This document shows positions 24,806 through 38,109 of a stretch of DNA of 64,000 nt, one piece after another. Under the pieces are notes generated by a model. That model searched no databases. It saw nothing but the letters and a program-made list of their open reading frames with translations, and was not told where the DNA came from. Numbering within the stretch: position 1 is the first letter of the stretch; every line of letters starts with the position of its first letter. The DNA comes from Camelus ferus. Taxonomy: Eukaryota. The translations under genes and the position numbers were made by a program. The stretch spans positions 103,542,001-103,606,000 of the forward strand of contig NC_045697.1 of the NCBI RefSeq assembly GCF_009834535.1, written 5' to 3'.

Positions 24806-25332
24806 TGAGGCGGGAAGCCCCATAAAAAAGACAGGCAGGACCCCCAGGCAGGGCCACTACTGTCCTGCCAGCACCATCCGGTTCCCTGGCCCAGAGGCTC
24901 TATCTCACTTTCGCCTCTGAAACAGCTTACTTCTAAGAAAGTGGCACTTACCCCTAAAATTCTAGTGGTTCCCTGAGCTCACTCCTGATTGGTTATTTCC
25001 TTCACTCCTGATTGGTCCATTTCCCTCCCTCCTGATTGGTTATTTCTCTCCCTCCTGATTGGTCCATTTCTACAAAGCTTGTTTGTAATTAGTCAACTTT
25101 TGTTATACCTTATTTGCATATGACGTTGCAAAGTGTAAACTGGCAGCTTACAAAAGCCTGTGTAAACCTACAGACGGAGTCCAGAGCTTGGAGTGTTAAC
25201 TTTTCTGGCCCCGCTGGTGTAATAAACCTTGAGTTCTCCTACTCTCCAAGTGCTGCTTGGTCTTTCGCCCGGATCCAGGTTGCTGTCACAACTGAACTAT
25301 AACACTGAGCTGTAACACGTTTTTCTGCAACA
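24806..25332 (+). mobile_element. Solo LTR, ERV1 (gammaretrovirus-like) class
   Basis: Starts TG, ends CA, 4-bp TSD GAAG (24802-05 and 25333-36). U3 has 4 tandem CTCCTGATTGG units and an octamer; AATAAA at 25221 sits in the R position. Confidence 0.85.
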
Positions 25333-25644
25333 GAAGAAGGATGATTAACATAAATGGAGCACACAGAGCTCTGAACAGAGAGATGCATGCACCTTGATCT
25401 TCCTTAGTTTCTGTCTGTGCTACATTATGTAACAGATAACCTAACAGGAAGCATGGCACTGTGCTATGTACTGGAGCTGAGCAATTTTAAGATGACTCCT
25501 ACCCTCCAGGGGTTTAGAGCCAGGTTGGTAGAGAAGAGGACACACAAAGCTGATCAGCTGCAATTCAGGGCAGTGTCGGGGACCAAGTGGCTGCATGAAG
25601 ATAAAGAAATTGTGTAGTGTAGGACTCAAAAAAATGCTACAGCA

Positions 25645-25727
25645 GGGAGGGTATAGCTCAGTGGTAGAGCACATCCTTAGCATGTGCAAGGTCCTGGTTT
25701 CAATCCCCAGTACCTCCATTAAAAAAT
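25645..25727 (+). mobile_element. tRNA-Ala-derived SINE, short form
   Basis: GGGAGGGTATAGCTCAGTGGTAGAGC...CCCCAGTACCTCCA then an A tail; flanking repeat ATGCTACA. Confidence 0.88.
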
Positions 25728-28700
25728 ATGCTACAAAAGATTCATTAACGTAGATGTCCCTGAATTATTTTAAGACCAATCTTGGAGACTAATTTCTCAC
25801 ATCCAATCAAAAGATGTGAATGTTTGGGTGTTTTGAAAAGGGAAAAGAAAATTCTTGACCAACCCCCAGATGCTCCTTTTCTGTGCTGCTGCAGTAATAT
25901 GGGATCCTGTCTCTCCTGATCATTTACCACGTATTTTTGTGATTATCTGCTGATGCACGCGGCTCTATTACCAGCCCTGGGGAGGCAGGTGCTCTGGGTT
26001 ATTATCCATCTTGGGAGCCCAGCCCTGGGCACATGGCCTGCCTGCACCTAGTAGGCATTTAGTAAAGGTTGGCCAAGGAGTGAGTGATGCTAAGAAGGCA
26101 TTTCCAGTGTGTCTAAGATCGAACACCACCATCTCCCCTATTTCACATATAGGTTATTGGTTCACTTGGGCTTTCTAAATACTAATTTTTAAAAACTCTT
26201 CCCTTCTCTCCATACAAACAGTCTCCCAATCTTACTGCTTCTTTATACTTCCATCTCCTCGCATCAACATCACTGTCTCCATCACCCTCCATCAGGTCTG
26301 CCTCACTTTCTTTCTGGATAATGACAACAAACACCATCTGTTTCTTCCCACTTTCACACCGCTGTTCAAGCTCTCCCTCCTGCTTTGAATGTTCTACTAC
26401 CCCTCTCTATAGACTCAAATCCCACCTAACCTCTAAGACTGAAACACCTCTCTCTCTGCTCTAAATTCTGGTAATCTGGCTTTAATCTTCCTTCTGATTA
26501 GAGCTGGGATGTATTGCTGTGCATCACTGTGCAAGGACATCTAGTCCTTAACAGCATCCCTGTGAGAAATCTAATCGCCTCCCCATCTCACAGATGGGAA
26601 AACTGAGGCTCACCAATGTTAATTACCTTACCAAGGCCACGTGACTACCTTGCTGTCTGACTTCTTTCTTCTACATCTCGCCACTTCATCCCAAGTTAAA
26701 CGTTAACTCCTAGAGAGAAGAGATCCTGCCAGTACTCTCTTGCATTGGCTGAGTCTTTTTAAGTATGGCTTTGCAAATAGTAAGTATTCAAATATTGATT
26801 AAAGTCCTGTTTGTCTGTACATTTCTTCAAAAAGGAGAATACAGGAGAGGATAATTGGGGAGGAAAAAAAAGCACCAAACCATTCTTTTTGTTTTAAATG
26901 GAAGAAAGTGCACAGAAGCATGGAGAAGGATGCAAAAGTCAAAAGTTGGCTACATGTACATATAATGTCCATCAACGTCCCATTTTTTCAGTAAATTAAA
27001 GTTGAATCTAAAGAAAACTGTGAAAAATGTTCTCCTTTCTCACACTGAGTGTCCCAGCACTCCAGAAATCTGTAGGGTTTTTAAAAAATTATCTATGTAA
27101 ATATTACAATACTCACCACGGGATTGATGCTAGGATAGCCAATGTCCATCCGCAAACACTTATCAATGGCAACGGAAATTCATGACCGAGGCTTGAAAAA
27201 GGGATAAAAGTGGCATTCTCCAAAGGCATATTCTCCACTTCTCCCTTTCAGAGACATCTGAAAATGAAGATGTCCCAGAGATGGGATTGGGCTGATGAGC
27301 TTGGCAGGTCCTTCCTCTCTGAGGATTCATGAAGGTTTAGAAACACTTTTCCAAGGCTGCTCCCAAACCAGGGGGGAGATGGGCGGTGTGGGCGTGGCCG
27401 ACTTCAAATGCCAGACTTAGTCACCATTATCCCAGATGCTTTCAGAGTAGCGCATTCTATACCTTCAGGACTAAAATAAAACTTTAAACATGTATAATTC
27501 TCTAGCCGGAAGAAATCTAAGAGATCATTTAATTCAGACCTTTTATTTTATACAGAGGCAACCCAGAAATGTTATGTGATTTACCGAAGGACACAGCTGC
27601 TGTTTTATAACTGTGAAATGCATCACTTTTCCTATGTAAGGCATTAGTGTAACTCTTCTAGTCCAAGCCATGGGATGTTAATGTAACAATTTAGTTTCTT
27701 AATGTATCAAGTCCAGCCAAATCGCTAGTGTGAAATGACTCCAGCAGATTCAAGCAAAAAGCAACGGTTTCTAGCTTTCCTTGCACACCAGGATCGGATG
27801 GTGACAGGAATGCCTGTGGAGCCCAGGATGCTGGATGCCCTCTTTCTAGCCCTAATTTGGTTCTTGCTTCCTCCTGTTCACACCCTCCCACCCTCTCAGG
27901 GTTGCCTGGCACAGAAGTCTGTCCTCTCTGTGCACCGGCTCCAGCCTCTCTGCAGCTCAGCCTGCGGCTTTCTCCTCCCCCAAAGAAACGTGCTTTGAGC
28001 CCTTCCTTTGTATCCAACCCTGTGCTGAGTGCTCCCTGCTTCCTATTTATTACCTCTTGGGAACCTCACAAGAACGTGGAAATGCAGGTACAGGAATGAT
28101 TTTTATCCTCAATTTTAGATGCGGTTACACAAAGGGGGTCGGTGGCAGAGCTGTGGGGACCATCACAGCCTGGGAGCTCTAGGATCTTTGCCAACTTAGT
28201 AGATACTGTGGCTCAGTTTCCTACCCTATAAAATGGGATAATAGTAGTAAGGCCCTTCTGGGGTCATGAGGATTCATGAGCCAATTTGCAAACAGTGGAG
28301 AGAGTGGCCCAGGGTGTGCAGCCAGCTCAGTGGAGGCTGTGGTAGTGCAGGCAATGAGGGTCCTGTCTCAGATAAGGTGTTCCTCTGGTTTCCAACAACA
28401 GGAACTCTTAGTACCTGGGTGAATGGCAGAATTATTTATTGAGCCATCCGTGTGCTCTCTCCAGCTCTTGGCCACCCCCTTTAACCGAGAGGCTGGCCTT
28501 TTGAGAACCCCTCCATCAGGGGTGTTGGAACGTCATCCCTCTCTCTGTGGTGGGTGGATTATGTCAGGTGACCTGGGGAAGGGGGGAGTGGCGGGGGAGA
28601 GTCTGTGGTCCCCACAACTAGGAAGGGAGTGGAGGAGGGTGAAGAAGAGGTAGGCCACGTCTCCCCTTTCCCAGCAGCAGGAATCTGTGCCCCAGTCGTG

Positions 28701-30029
28701 TGGGACCCAGTGAAGGGGGTGGGAGACCCTCAGAGGGCCAAGGTCACACAGTGCATCTGGGGACGTCAGAGCCCAGCCTGGCTTGAGATGTGAACCCTTC
28801 TGTGCACGGATGCATCTGAGCAGCAGCCTTCCGGTGACCTTGTGACCTTGGAAAACCAGGATAAGAGTGGTGATGGAATGCCCTCCCCCTAGTTTTCTGG
28901 GCCCCCCAGATTCTCTCCTGACTTAACAGAAGGTTGAGATTTCCTCCCTCCTGGTGAGACAGAGGCTCAGAGGAGCCAGATTCAATCCCTGAGATTCCCC
29001 CCTGTATGGGGTACACTAGATCCTCACCAAGGAAGGGGGTCTACAGAGCAGAAGGTCTCCCTTCCACTTACCTTGGCGGCCCGAGCAACTTGGACCCCAA
29101 ACAGACATGATGGGGCTAGAACTGTATTCTCTAAATTGGTGGTTTGCCCATTACGTCACTCATTTTATTTATATTTCATTAGTATTTTCTGGTGTGGAGA
29201 CTGGGTCTAACGTCCGACTGCTGCTAGCTCTGCGGCCCCCATCCCATGCACCCAGCACTTCCTGGGCTGGGATTCTTGCTAGGACACCTGCATCCAGTCG
29301 GTCACCAAATCCTGCCCATCTGCCTCCCAGTGACCTCCTGAGTCCTGCCTTCTCGCTGTCCTCATGGTTACTGTTCGCCTCATCCTTCGTTGGACCTGCA
29401 GTACAGCGGCCTCCTCCACAGCCCCTGGTCTCCCTCCCCAGCTCTTCCGAAGTTGTCTTCTGGACTCCCACTGCCGTCCTACTGCTCTGCTGCTTACACA
29501 GCCACGCTAGCTCCCTCCTTCCCACCCATCATGGCCGGCCCTCCTTACTATGATGTGCAAATCCCCTCAGTGTCTGGTTGCCACAAGTTTCCAGCCTGGC
29601 TTTCCTCTCCCTAGAACCTTCTTTCCAGGCATGTCTCAAACACGCCAGGCCCCTCTCAGGACTCCCTGGTCAAGTTTCAGAGGTGGAAAACAAAAACAAA
29701 CAAGCAAACCCACGAAAGCGCTCTCACATTAGTTCCAAACAAGGGAAGAAGGATGTGACAGGGAGCGAGCTCCTGGAAATGACATTCAGGTTGGCCCTGT
29801 ATGTCCCCTATTCCAGTCCTAACTTTTCTTAGCCTTTTGGCTTAGACGAGCTTTGTTTCTCAAAAGGTCTCGATTCTCCAAGGCAGTCTGGCTGGTTGCT
29901 GCCCCACCAGTGCTTGGCTGGTCTCGGGTAAGGTGGCCACCTCTGACCAGTCATGGTGGGAGGGGTGGCGTCACAGGGTATGAGGGGCTCTCCCAAGGAC
30001 TGAGATCTGGGTCGCTTCCCTGGAGCCGT

Positions 30030-30802
30030 GCTTCCGGGCCTTCACTTGCATACAGATCATCTAGGGAGCCTGCAAAAATGCAGAAACCAACTCAGTGGCT
30101 CTGAGGTGGGGGTCTGAGAGTCTGCATTTCTAATGAGCTCCCGGGTGATGCTGGTGCTGCTGGTCCACAGACCATCCTTTGAACAGTGAGACTATAGTCA
30201 GGGGCGTGTAGTAAAAGGCATTCCTCTTATTCTAGAATATTCTCCATTCTTGGTTGTCAGGGGAAATTTTGCTCACTGTTTTAAATGCAGTTCAAATGTA
30301 ACTTTGACAAAGATTTTGGGTTCTCACAGTTAATCTCATGAAAGTCGGTGTTCAGACACCCATATTCGTGACGCTTATAGTGAGCCCAGTGTCCTTTGGG
30401 AAGCCCAACTCTTTATCACTAAACCCCAGGTGGGATGGGGCCCCAAGAGCCTTGGTGGTTTTACTGATTTTGTGGTGATTCTTCAACTCAGTGTTTTCCT
30501 AGCTTGCCTGCTCGAAGGAGTCTCCTGTCTCCTGGGTGCGTTACAAAAATACGGATTTCCAGAACTCTCTCCTGCACAACCTGATTTCACAAGGTCTGGA
30601 AAGGAGCCCGGGGAATCTGCACCAGCGTTCTTCAAGTGGCGCTCACGTCAGCATCGCCTGAGTCACAGACTGCTCAGTCCCACGGATGGGCCAGATTTCT
30701 GATGCCGTAGGTCAGGAGTCAGGTCCAGGAATCTGCGTTGCTAACAAGTTCCCAGGGGATGCTGATGTCGTGTTCTGGGGACCCCACTGTGAGAACCGCT
30801 GA
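30030..30802. mobile_element. Cluster of about three MER5-like (hAT-Charlie) relics
   Basis: Recurring GAATCTGCATTTCTAACAAG/CTCCC-GGTGATGCTGATGC-like cores at ~30120, ~30612 and ~30730; the last ends GAGAACCGCTG. Confidence 0.65.
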
Positions 30803-30845
30803 CCTGAGGCTCTGCACTGTTGTCCGGTGTCTTGGGCGATCCTTG

Positions 30846-30893
30846 TGCGCATGCGGATGAGCGAAGACCCCGGCGCTATTGGTGGGGAGGGAG
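30846..30893 (+). promoter_or_regulatory. Candidate REELD1 promoter motif cluster (NRF1-like, CCAAT, GC box)
   Basis: TGCGCATGCG 30846-55, ATTGG 30878-82 and GGGGAGGGAG 30884-93, about 2.1 kb upstream of the REELD1 ATG. Confidence 0.35.
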
Positions 30894-32966
30894 TGCGCTA
30901 GGTGGTACTTTTTTGTACCAAGCATTCATCTCTGGTCATGGATGGCCTCAGTCTCACTTCACTGGGGACACCTTCTCCAGCCTTTGTTCACTCAGAAGCA
31001 GAGAATGCTGAGATTTGTTCGATGCGATCATTCACCCCTTGAAAGGCAGACCAAGAGGAGGGCATCCGTGTCCTGCTGAGGATGCCAGCGGCGGTCGTGT
31101 GCAAAACCGGTCCCAATTCTTTCCAGTTCTTCACAGCGGCTTGAACAATGTTGACGTGGAAACTGTGTGAGGATGTGGACGTGGTCTTAGAGAACTCAGT
31201 GTGATTAAGACTGGATTTGGACTCGGAGGGACAGTTCCTGGGGTTGCTGAGGATTAGTGGTAACAGCTGTCATCCTGCCCATTTGAGGAGAAACTGAAGG
31301 GAGAAGAAAGGATTTGTTTAAAGGATGTGTCTTTGCAGCGCTGAGAGGAGAAGCTGTTCCGTCAAGCCTGGAGGAGAGTCTCTTCCTGGGTAAGTGGGTG
31401 TTTTTCTGGTTCAAGTAGACTTTGAGATCTAAGGAAGGGAAGGAAGAAATGTGTATATGGCTTCAGCTCTGATCGGTGGGACGTGGTCCTCACTCCACTT
31501 CCTCCTTAGGCATCTGTGTTTGATCCGCCTTTGGGGAGAGGAGACCACCTTCCGCCAGTGGGCTCACGGGGTGGTGTCTGTGTGGCCCTTCTGAACGGAA
31601 ATGGGAGGCCCTGAGTCCCCTCAGCTGAGAAGATGCTTTTACAGCTCATTGTTCCTCGTCTTTTAATGTGTCTGGGAGTCTGTAGGAATGTCCTCCTGTT
31701 GGGTAGAGGTTTTTACTTTTACTGCTTTGTGGAGAGCAAACTTAGCAGAGAACGGTATGCTCTGAAGGACTCTTTAGGACAAGTCTGAGAGATTTGAGTT
31801 ACAGATCCTACCGCCTCTCTCCCTCTGTGTCTGTCAATATAAAGGCTGGTGGTGGGATGGTGTGTGAAAGAGGGTGGGAGTGGATGACACTCGATTACTC
31901 GGTCATCTGGATTATCTTTTTAGCCTTCCGCTTTTAGAGCTAGTTTCACTAAATTTTTACAATTTATTTTTACCTTTTAAGACCAACTTATTAGAGAGGA
32001 GGGCTGATGTTGCCTTGCACTGCTCCTTAGATCAAAGTATTAGCAGTGCTTTTAAAATACGGATGCCTAGGACTGTAAAAACACACAGCTATTTTTTTTT
32101 AGAAGAATGCCTGGTAGTCCTGAATATTGATTCAGGGAGCCTTCACCTGTCTTATTTGCTATCTTTCACCTTATTTTCATCTGTGAACTTCTTTGACACA
32201 GGAAACTTTCAATTCTTTCTGTTGATGGACACAGAGGTGTAAACAAAAATGAAATTTACATTGTAAATGTTATTTACCCAATCATTTTATATTTACTTGT
32301 TTGTTTATTTAATTCCTGAACCAGGTGTTTTGTTTTGGGGTTTTTGCGGGGGTGGGGGGTTGCCAGAATATTTAACAAGGTATAGGGTTTGGGTATAACT
32401 TTCCCTGCTTACCTTCTCCGGAAAAAAGCAGTAAAATAATGAAAAACAATCAACAGGAGAAAGGACGAGGTGATAGCAAAGCATTGCAAATTTAAGAATC
32501 CCCTGTCAGTAACTGAGAGTCGGCAGATTTGTAGCATTTAACTCTGTAATTCGCAATTAGGGAGATAAGATGCTGAACCGAGCCACCGTATGCCGTGCTG
32601 CCTGCCCACACTGGGATGCTGGATGTCTCACGTCAGCAATGATGCATTACAGCTCACACTGCCCTTAGACATCAGACAGCTGGTAAAGAGTCCATGTCAG
32701 GACACAAACATTTTCTGGTCTTATTTCTTTGATGTGATTAGTATATCCTCTCTTTAAAAAGAAGCAGGCTTATAAGAAAATTACAGGAAGAGAGGTTCAA
32801 AGTAAGTGTTTAGAAATGAAACACTTCCTATAGTCTGGTCTGTCTTTTTGATCCTGACCTTGAATGCTGGTGATCAGGAGAGGCGGCCCCAGAGGTATTT
32901 CAGATTTAAAGGCAGTGCGGGATTCAGGTCAGGCACAGTCAAAAGCACGTCACAACGTTCTCCTAA

Positions 32967-33389
<423 letters not shown>

Positions 33390-33475
33390 TGAAAACCACA
33401 TAACTAATTTCTACATTGATATTAACCTTTATAAGAGAAGGGGGCACAAATTGCATTATTATAAAGAATTGTTTT

Positions 33476-33800
33476 GACAGAAACAGACTCACAGACATAG
33501 AAAACAATCTTATGGTTACCGGGGAGAAAGGAGGTAGGGAGGCATACATTGGGAGTTTGGGATTTGCAGATAAAAACTGCTATATATAAAATAGATAAAC
33601 AACAAGTTCCTACTGTATAGCACGGGGAACTATATTCAATATCTTATAATAACCTATATTGAAAAAAGATATGAAAAGGAATACATATATTATAACTGAA
33701 TCACTATGCTGTACACCAGAAACTAACACAACATTGTAAATCAACTAGACTTCAATTTTAAAAAATTAATCCCCAATTTAAAAAAATAAAATAAAAAATA
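33476..33800 (+). mobile_element. L1 3' UTR fragment, sense orientation in a REELD1 intron
   Basis: ACAGAAACAGACTCACAGACATAGAAAAC...CTACTGTATAGCACGGGGAAC...AACACAACATTGTAAATCAACTA plus an A-rich tail; homologous to 60900-61160. Confidence 0.85.
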
Positions 33801-33879
33801 AAAATTATTTTGTCTTTATTATAAGATGTGAGTATAGTTACCTTCTCCCACAGACCCTTTATTCCACTTTTGATACCAG

Positions 33880-34127
33880 TGTGAAGCCTACAGCTATGGC
33901 AGCCATCCTGAGACTGTCCAGTGACCAAGGCGTGAAAACCCAACTCACTGATGCTGGCGGAGCAGGAAAATGGAAACATCTTAGGATCTTAACGTCATTG
34001 AATGGCTTCACCAAATATAGAAACTCCACTTCCAGACTTAGGAGAGGGAATTAAATGTCTTCATTAGTTAACTTTCTGTAAATCAGCTTTTCTGATGCTT
34101 GCAACTGAAAGAATCCTGACCCATACA
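33880..34127 (+). mobile_element. MLT1-type LTR 3' fragment
   Basis: GGCAGCCATC...ACTTCCAGACTT...TTGCAACTGAAAGAATCCTGACCCATACA resembles the MLT1 3' end. Confidence 0.55.
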
Positions 34128-35032
34128 ATGAGCAAAAGTTCTCTGTATAAGGATGTCCATCAAAATTGTTCATAGTGCAAAATTAGAAAAAGCGAATATC
34201 CATCAATAGGAAACCAGTTAAATCAATCATATGACCTACAGGAAAAAGTCTTATTTCTCACACACATGTGATGTGTGAACCTGTATTTGCCTACTCTGGG
34301 TACCTCAAATAAATGGACTCATACATTATTTGTCACTCTGAGCCTAGCTTATTTTACTGACTGTAATGTTTCTAGGTGCATCCATGTGGTAGCATCTAAT
34401 CAGAGGTAACTGCAGTTTACATATGGAAAATATTATCGAGTTACCCCCTCAAAGAGTTTCATGGTATACTTTTCGCATCACTGAGTGAGTGCCCTAGTTT
34501 TTCTGTTGTCATAGCAATACTGGTTATAATGACACATTTTGAAATTTGTTAATATTAGGGGTACAAACTAGTATGTCATTTAAAATTGTTTTAAAAATCA
34601 TGATTGAGCTTGTTTTTTTTTTCTGTTTGTGTCTACTGATAATTTTCAATTTGGTCATCTTTTTATTGATTCACCATAACTCTTTGTATATTTATCTGTT
34701 TTGTATCTTACAAATACTTTTCTCAATTTATCTTTTTTTAAAAATTTCTTCTATATTGAGAATTTTAAGAAATTATCTTTTCCTTAATGGCTACTGGGGT
34801 TTGCTTAGAGAGGCACCCCTAACTCCAGTATTGAAGCAAAAACTAAAACAAAACAAACAGCAACCAAAAGCAAGCCAAACCACTGTTTCTAGTTCTTCAA
34901 TATTTCATTTTTACAGATCTTTGGTCCCAATGGAATTTATTTGGGGTATGAAGTAGCACGTCAACCTTTTTTTTTCCCTAATGAATTGTTTACTTTCTGG
35001 GGGCTGCACTGGTCCTAAGCTTTTTGTCTTGA

Positions 35033-35329
<297 letters not shown>

Positions 35330-36863
35330 TAAGAGAGTCAAGTTCTGGTTCTTAGTAACTGAACTTCCCCTTAGGAGACAGGGGGCTTCTCCTCCCTTCC
35401 TTCTTGTTTCTCGCCTGCCACCCCCTCTGTATGACAAGGACAGGGTCCCTGGGGCTGCCCCAGCTAGAGAGTCTATTCCAAGGATGACTAAAAAAGAACC
35501 GCCCCCAATTCCTCTCTCTGCCATTCTCTGTGCTCCAGGAGTGTGGGATTTCCCCTCCTTCTTGAGAATCACAGATGAATTTTGGCCAGCCTCTCCGGGA
35601 AATTCTCTCTAGGGGACAAAAGAGCTACTGATGGAAGAGCAGGAAGGAGAGACAGAGTCAGACAGACTGTGAACACTCCACGGACATCTCTGTGCCCCCG
35701 CTTACTGTCCCCCAGATGGGGGTGCTGGCAACAGACTCACCTCGTGGGGCTGGGTGAGGATGAAAGACCCAACAGATGCCAAGTGCTTGGAACAATTCCT
35801 GGCACCCGTGCGCGCCATTAAAGTGTCATTGTTACTCAAAATGAGACACTGGCTTTGTCATCTTTTTCAAACATTCACATTTACCAAGAAAGTGAATTTT
35901 TTTGGTTTGGTTTTTAAGAAAGGGTGTGTGTTGGCCTCTGTCTTTTCCCCACACCCTCATATAGAGAAGAGGGTGGCTGTGCCGAAGGGGAAGGAGGCAC
36001 CCAGACCCAACGCTTCCCTTCTAGGTTGTCCCCTCTGTGCTGGGGAGCAGTGAGAGATGAGGGATGAGGTCCCCGCCTCTCAGGGTCCCCTTTCCATCCC
36101 TTCCTGGTGGCCTAACGCAGGCAGGACAGCAAAGGGAAAACCCCACTTAGAAAGGCCAGGACCCACTCGACTGGTGGTGTACCCAGCTTGTGCCCAGCCT
36201 TTGGTACAGAGCCAATGCAGGGGACGTGTCCTGTCTGAAGTCCTTCAACCTGTACCATTACTTTTATTTCCCAAATCACCTCCATTGCTATTTTTAGATT
36301 TACCATCTCAGCTGCTCTGTGCTACCGAGGAAGTCATTTAGAAGCTATTATCTCCATCTGACAGGCAAAGGGGCCCAGTCACTGATCAGAAGTGGCTCCC
36401 GAGTCCCCCCGTGCTCTCTCACTTCCTGGGACCGTTTCCCACCTTAAGAACGTATAGACGAACCATGACTTTTGCTTGCACCTTAACTCTCTGGGTGACC
36501 TCAGCTAAATTAATCACATTTTCATAATTGCCTTCTGAATACTTAAAGTGAGAAAAATGGTACTTGTCAATAATCCCTACCTTGGTGAAATTTTGGGGAG
36601 GATAAATGAGATAATGTTGGTGCAAATGACTTTTCCCTGAAGAAAGGCATTATGTATTCAAAATGTTATTTAGAATGTTAGTGATTTATCTCTCATTTTC
36701 AATTGAATTTACAATTCCAATGGGGTTAGACAATTGTACAACAGAATTACAAAATTCTCAATTAACGGAGTAATTCAGTTGATGTCACGGTAAAGAAAGT
36801 TGAAAATGAAACCTTTTGAGTCAACGCAGTTCTAGAAGACACCTTTTAGTCCAAATGAGATTC

Positions 36864-36940
36864 TTTTTTCTTTTTTTTTGGAGGTCCTGGGGATTGAACC
36901 CCAGACCTCGTGCATGCTAAGCTTGCGCTCTACCCCCAAC
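36864..36940 (-). mobile_element. tRNA-Ala-derived SINE, short and partly deleted
   Basis: T tail + GGAGGTCCTGGGGATTGAACC...GTGCATGCTAAGC...GCTCTACC; degenerate TSD TGAG(A/G)TTCTT. Confidence 0.8.
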
Positions 36941-37160
36941 CCAGTGAGGTTCTTAATGACTGTATGTATTCAGGAGGGGTCTTGATTTGTACCTATCATC
37001 ACCTCTTTTAATTATTGGCTGCTCTTGAGTTTTTGTTATTAAAAAGAATGAAGTCACCCAAGGGGTAACACAATCATCTCTCTAAGTTCTTCTCTCCAGG
37101 TAAACTTGTGTTCTTTTCTTGTTTGTTCTCTCCTTTCTATAAGGATGGTCCAAGGTGTGA

Positions 37161-37412
<252 letters not shown>

Positions 37413-37982
37413 TAGCATTATTTTCATAGTTACTGATTTTCACTTAGGAGTGACTACTATCAGTTTCCAGCTCCTGGGACACAAGGAATACTGGCCTTGG
37501 CTGACTGCAACAGTTCCTGGGAATGTGATCACACAGCTGTGGGCGGGGCTGGCGGGATGCTTGCAAGTGCTGGGTTTGCTGCAGCAAATACACTTTGTCC
37601 AGTTCAACCTCACAGATTAAGCTGGGTCCTGGGGTGGAGCGTTGGAACTGAGCTGCAGAACTGGAAAACAGCACATACCTTCCCCTGCTTACCAATCACT
37701 GCAATATTTCAGCTCTTTTCCCCAGGCCCCCGAGGCTACCCAAGGAGCATGAGAAAGAAAGAATCCAGCCTTTTTTTTTTTTTTTTTTTTTAATAAAAGC
37801 TCATCCAGTTTTTATTGTTACTTTTCAAGGTAGGTAGATGGCTCTTTGCAGCTTGGGTTGGAGAACAGAACCAGGAATGAGAGGCTGTGTTGAGGGCAAT
37901 GGATCTTCTTCCTGGCTCGTCACAGGACTTCAGACTCCATTGGCCCAGGTACTTCTGAAAAAACAAAGAAACAAAAATAAGT

Positions 37983-38109
37983 GGGAGGGTATAACTCAGT
38001 GATAGAGTGTGTGCTTAGCATGCATGAGGTCCTGGGTTCAATCTCCAGTACCTCCATTAAAAATAAATAAACCTAATTACCTCCCCCTCTAAACAAACAA
38101 ATAAACAAA
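37983..38109 (+). mobile_element. tRNA-Ala-derived SINE, long form, in a REELD1 intron
   Basis: GGGAGGGTATAACTCAGTGATAGAG...GTCCTGGGTTCAATCTCCAGTACCTCCA, ACCTAATTACCTCCCC, (AAAC)n tail. Confidence 0.88.

Noticed and set aside
24980..25070. CRISPR-like regularly spaced repeats
   Set aside because: Contiguous tandem units without unique spacers, inside a eukaryotic LTR U3; no cas genes.
25645..25718. tRNA-Ala(AGC) gene (also at 23608, 37983, 41334, 63283)
   Set aside because: Stem mismatches, decayed A/B boxes, A-rich tails and TSDs mark these as SINE copies, not functional tRNAs.
34546..34956. 136-aa very hydrophobic ORF resembling a membrane protein
   Set aside because: T-rich intronic sequence, probably an old antisense L1 relic; non-ATG start and no recognisable domain.
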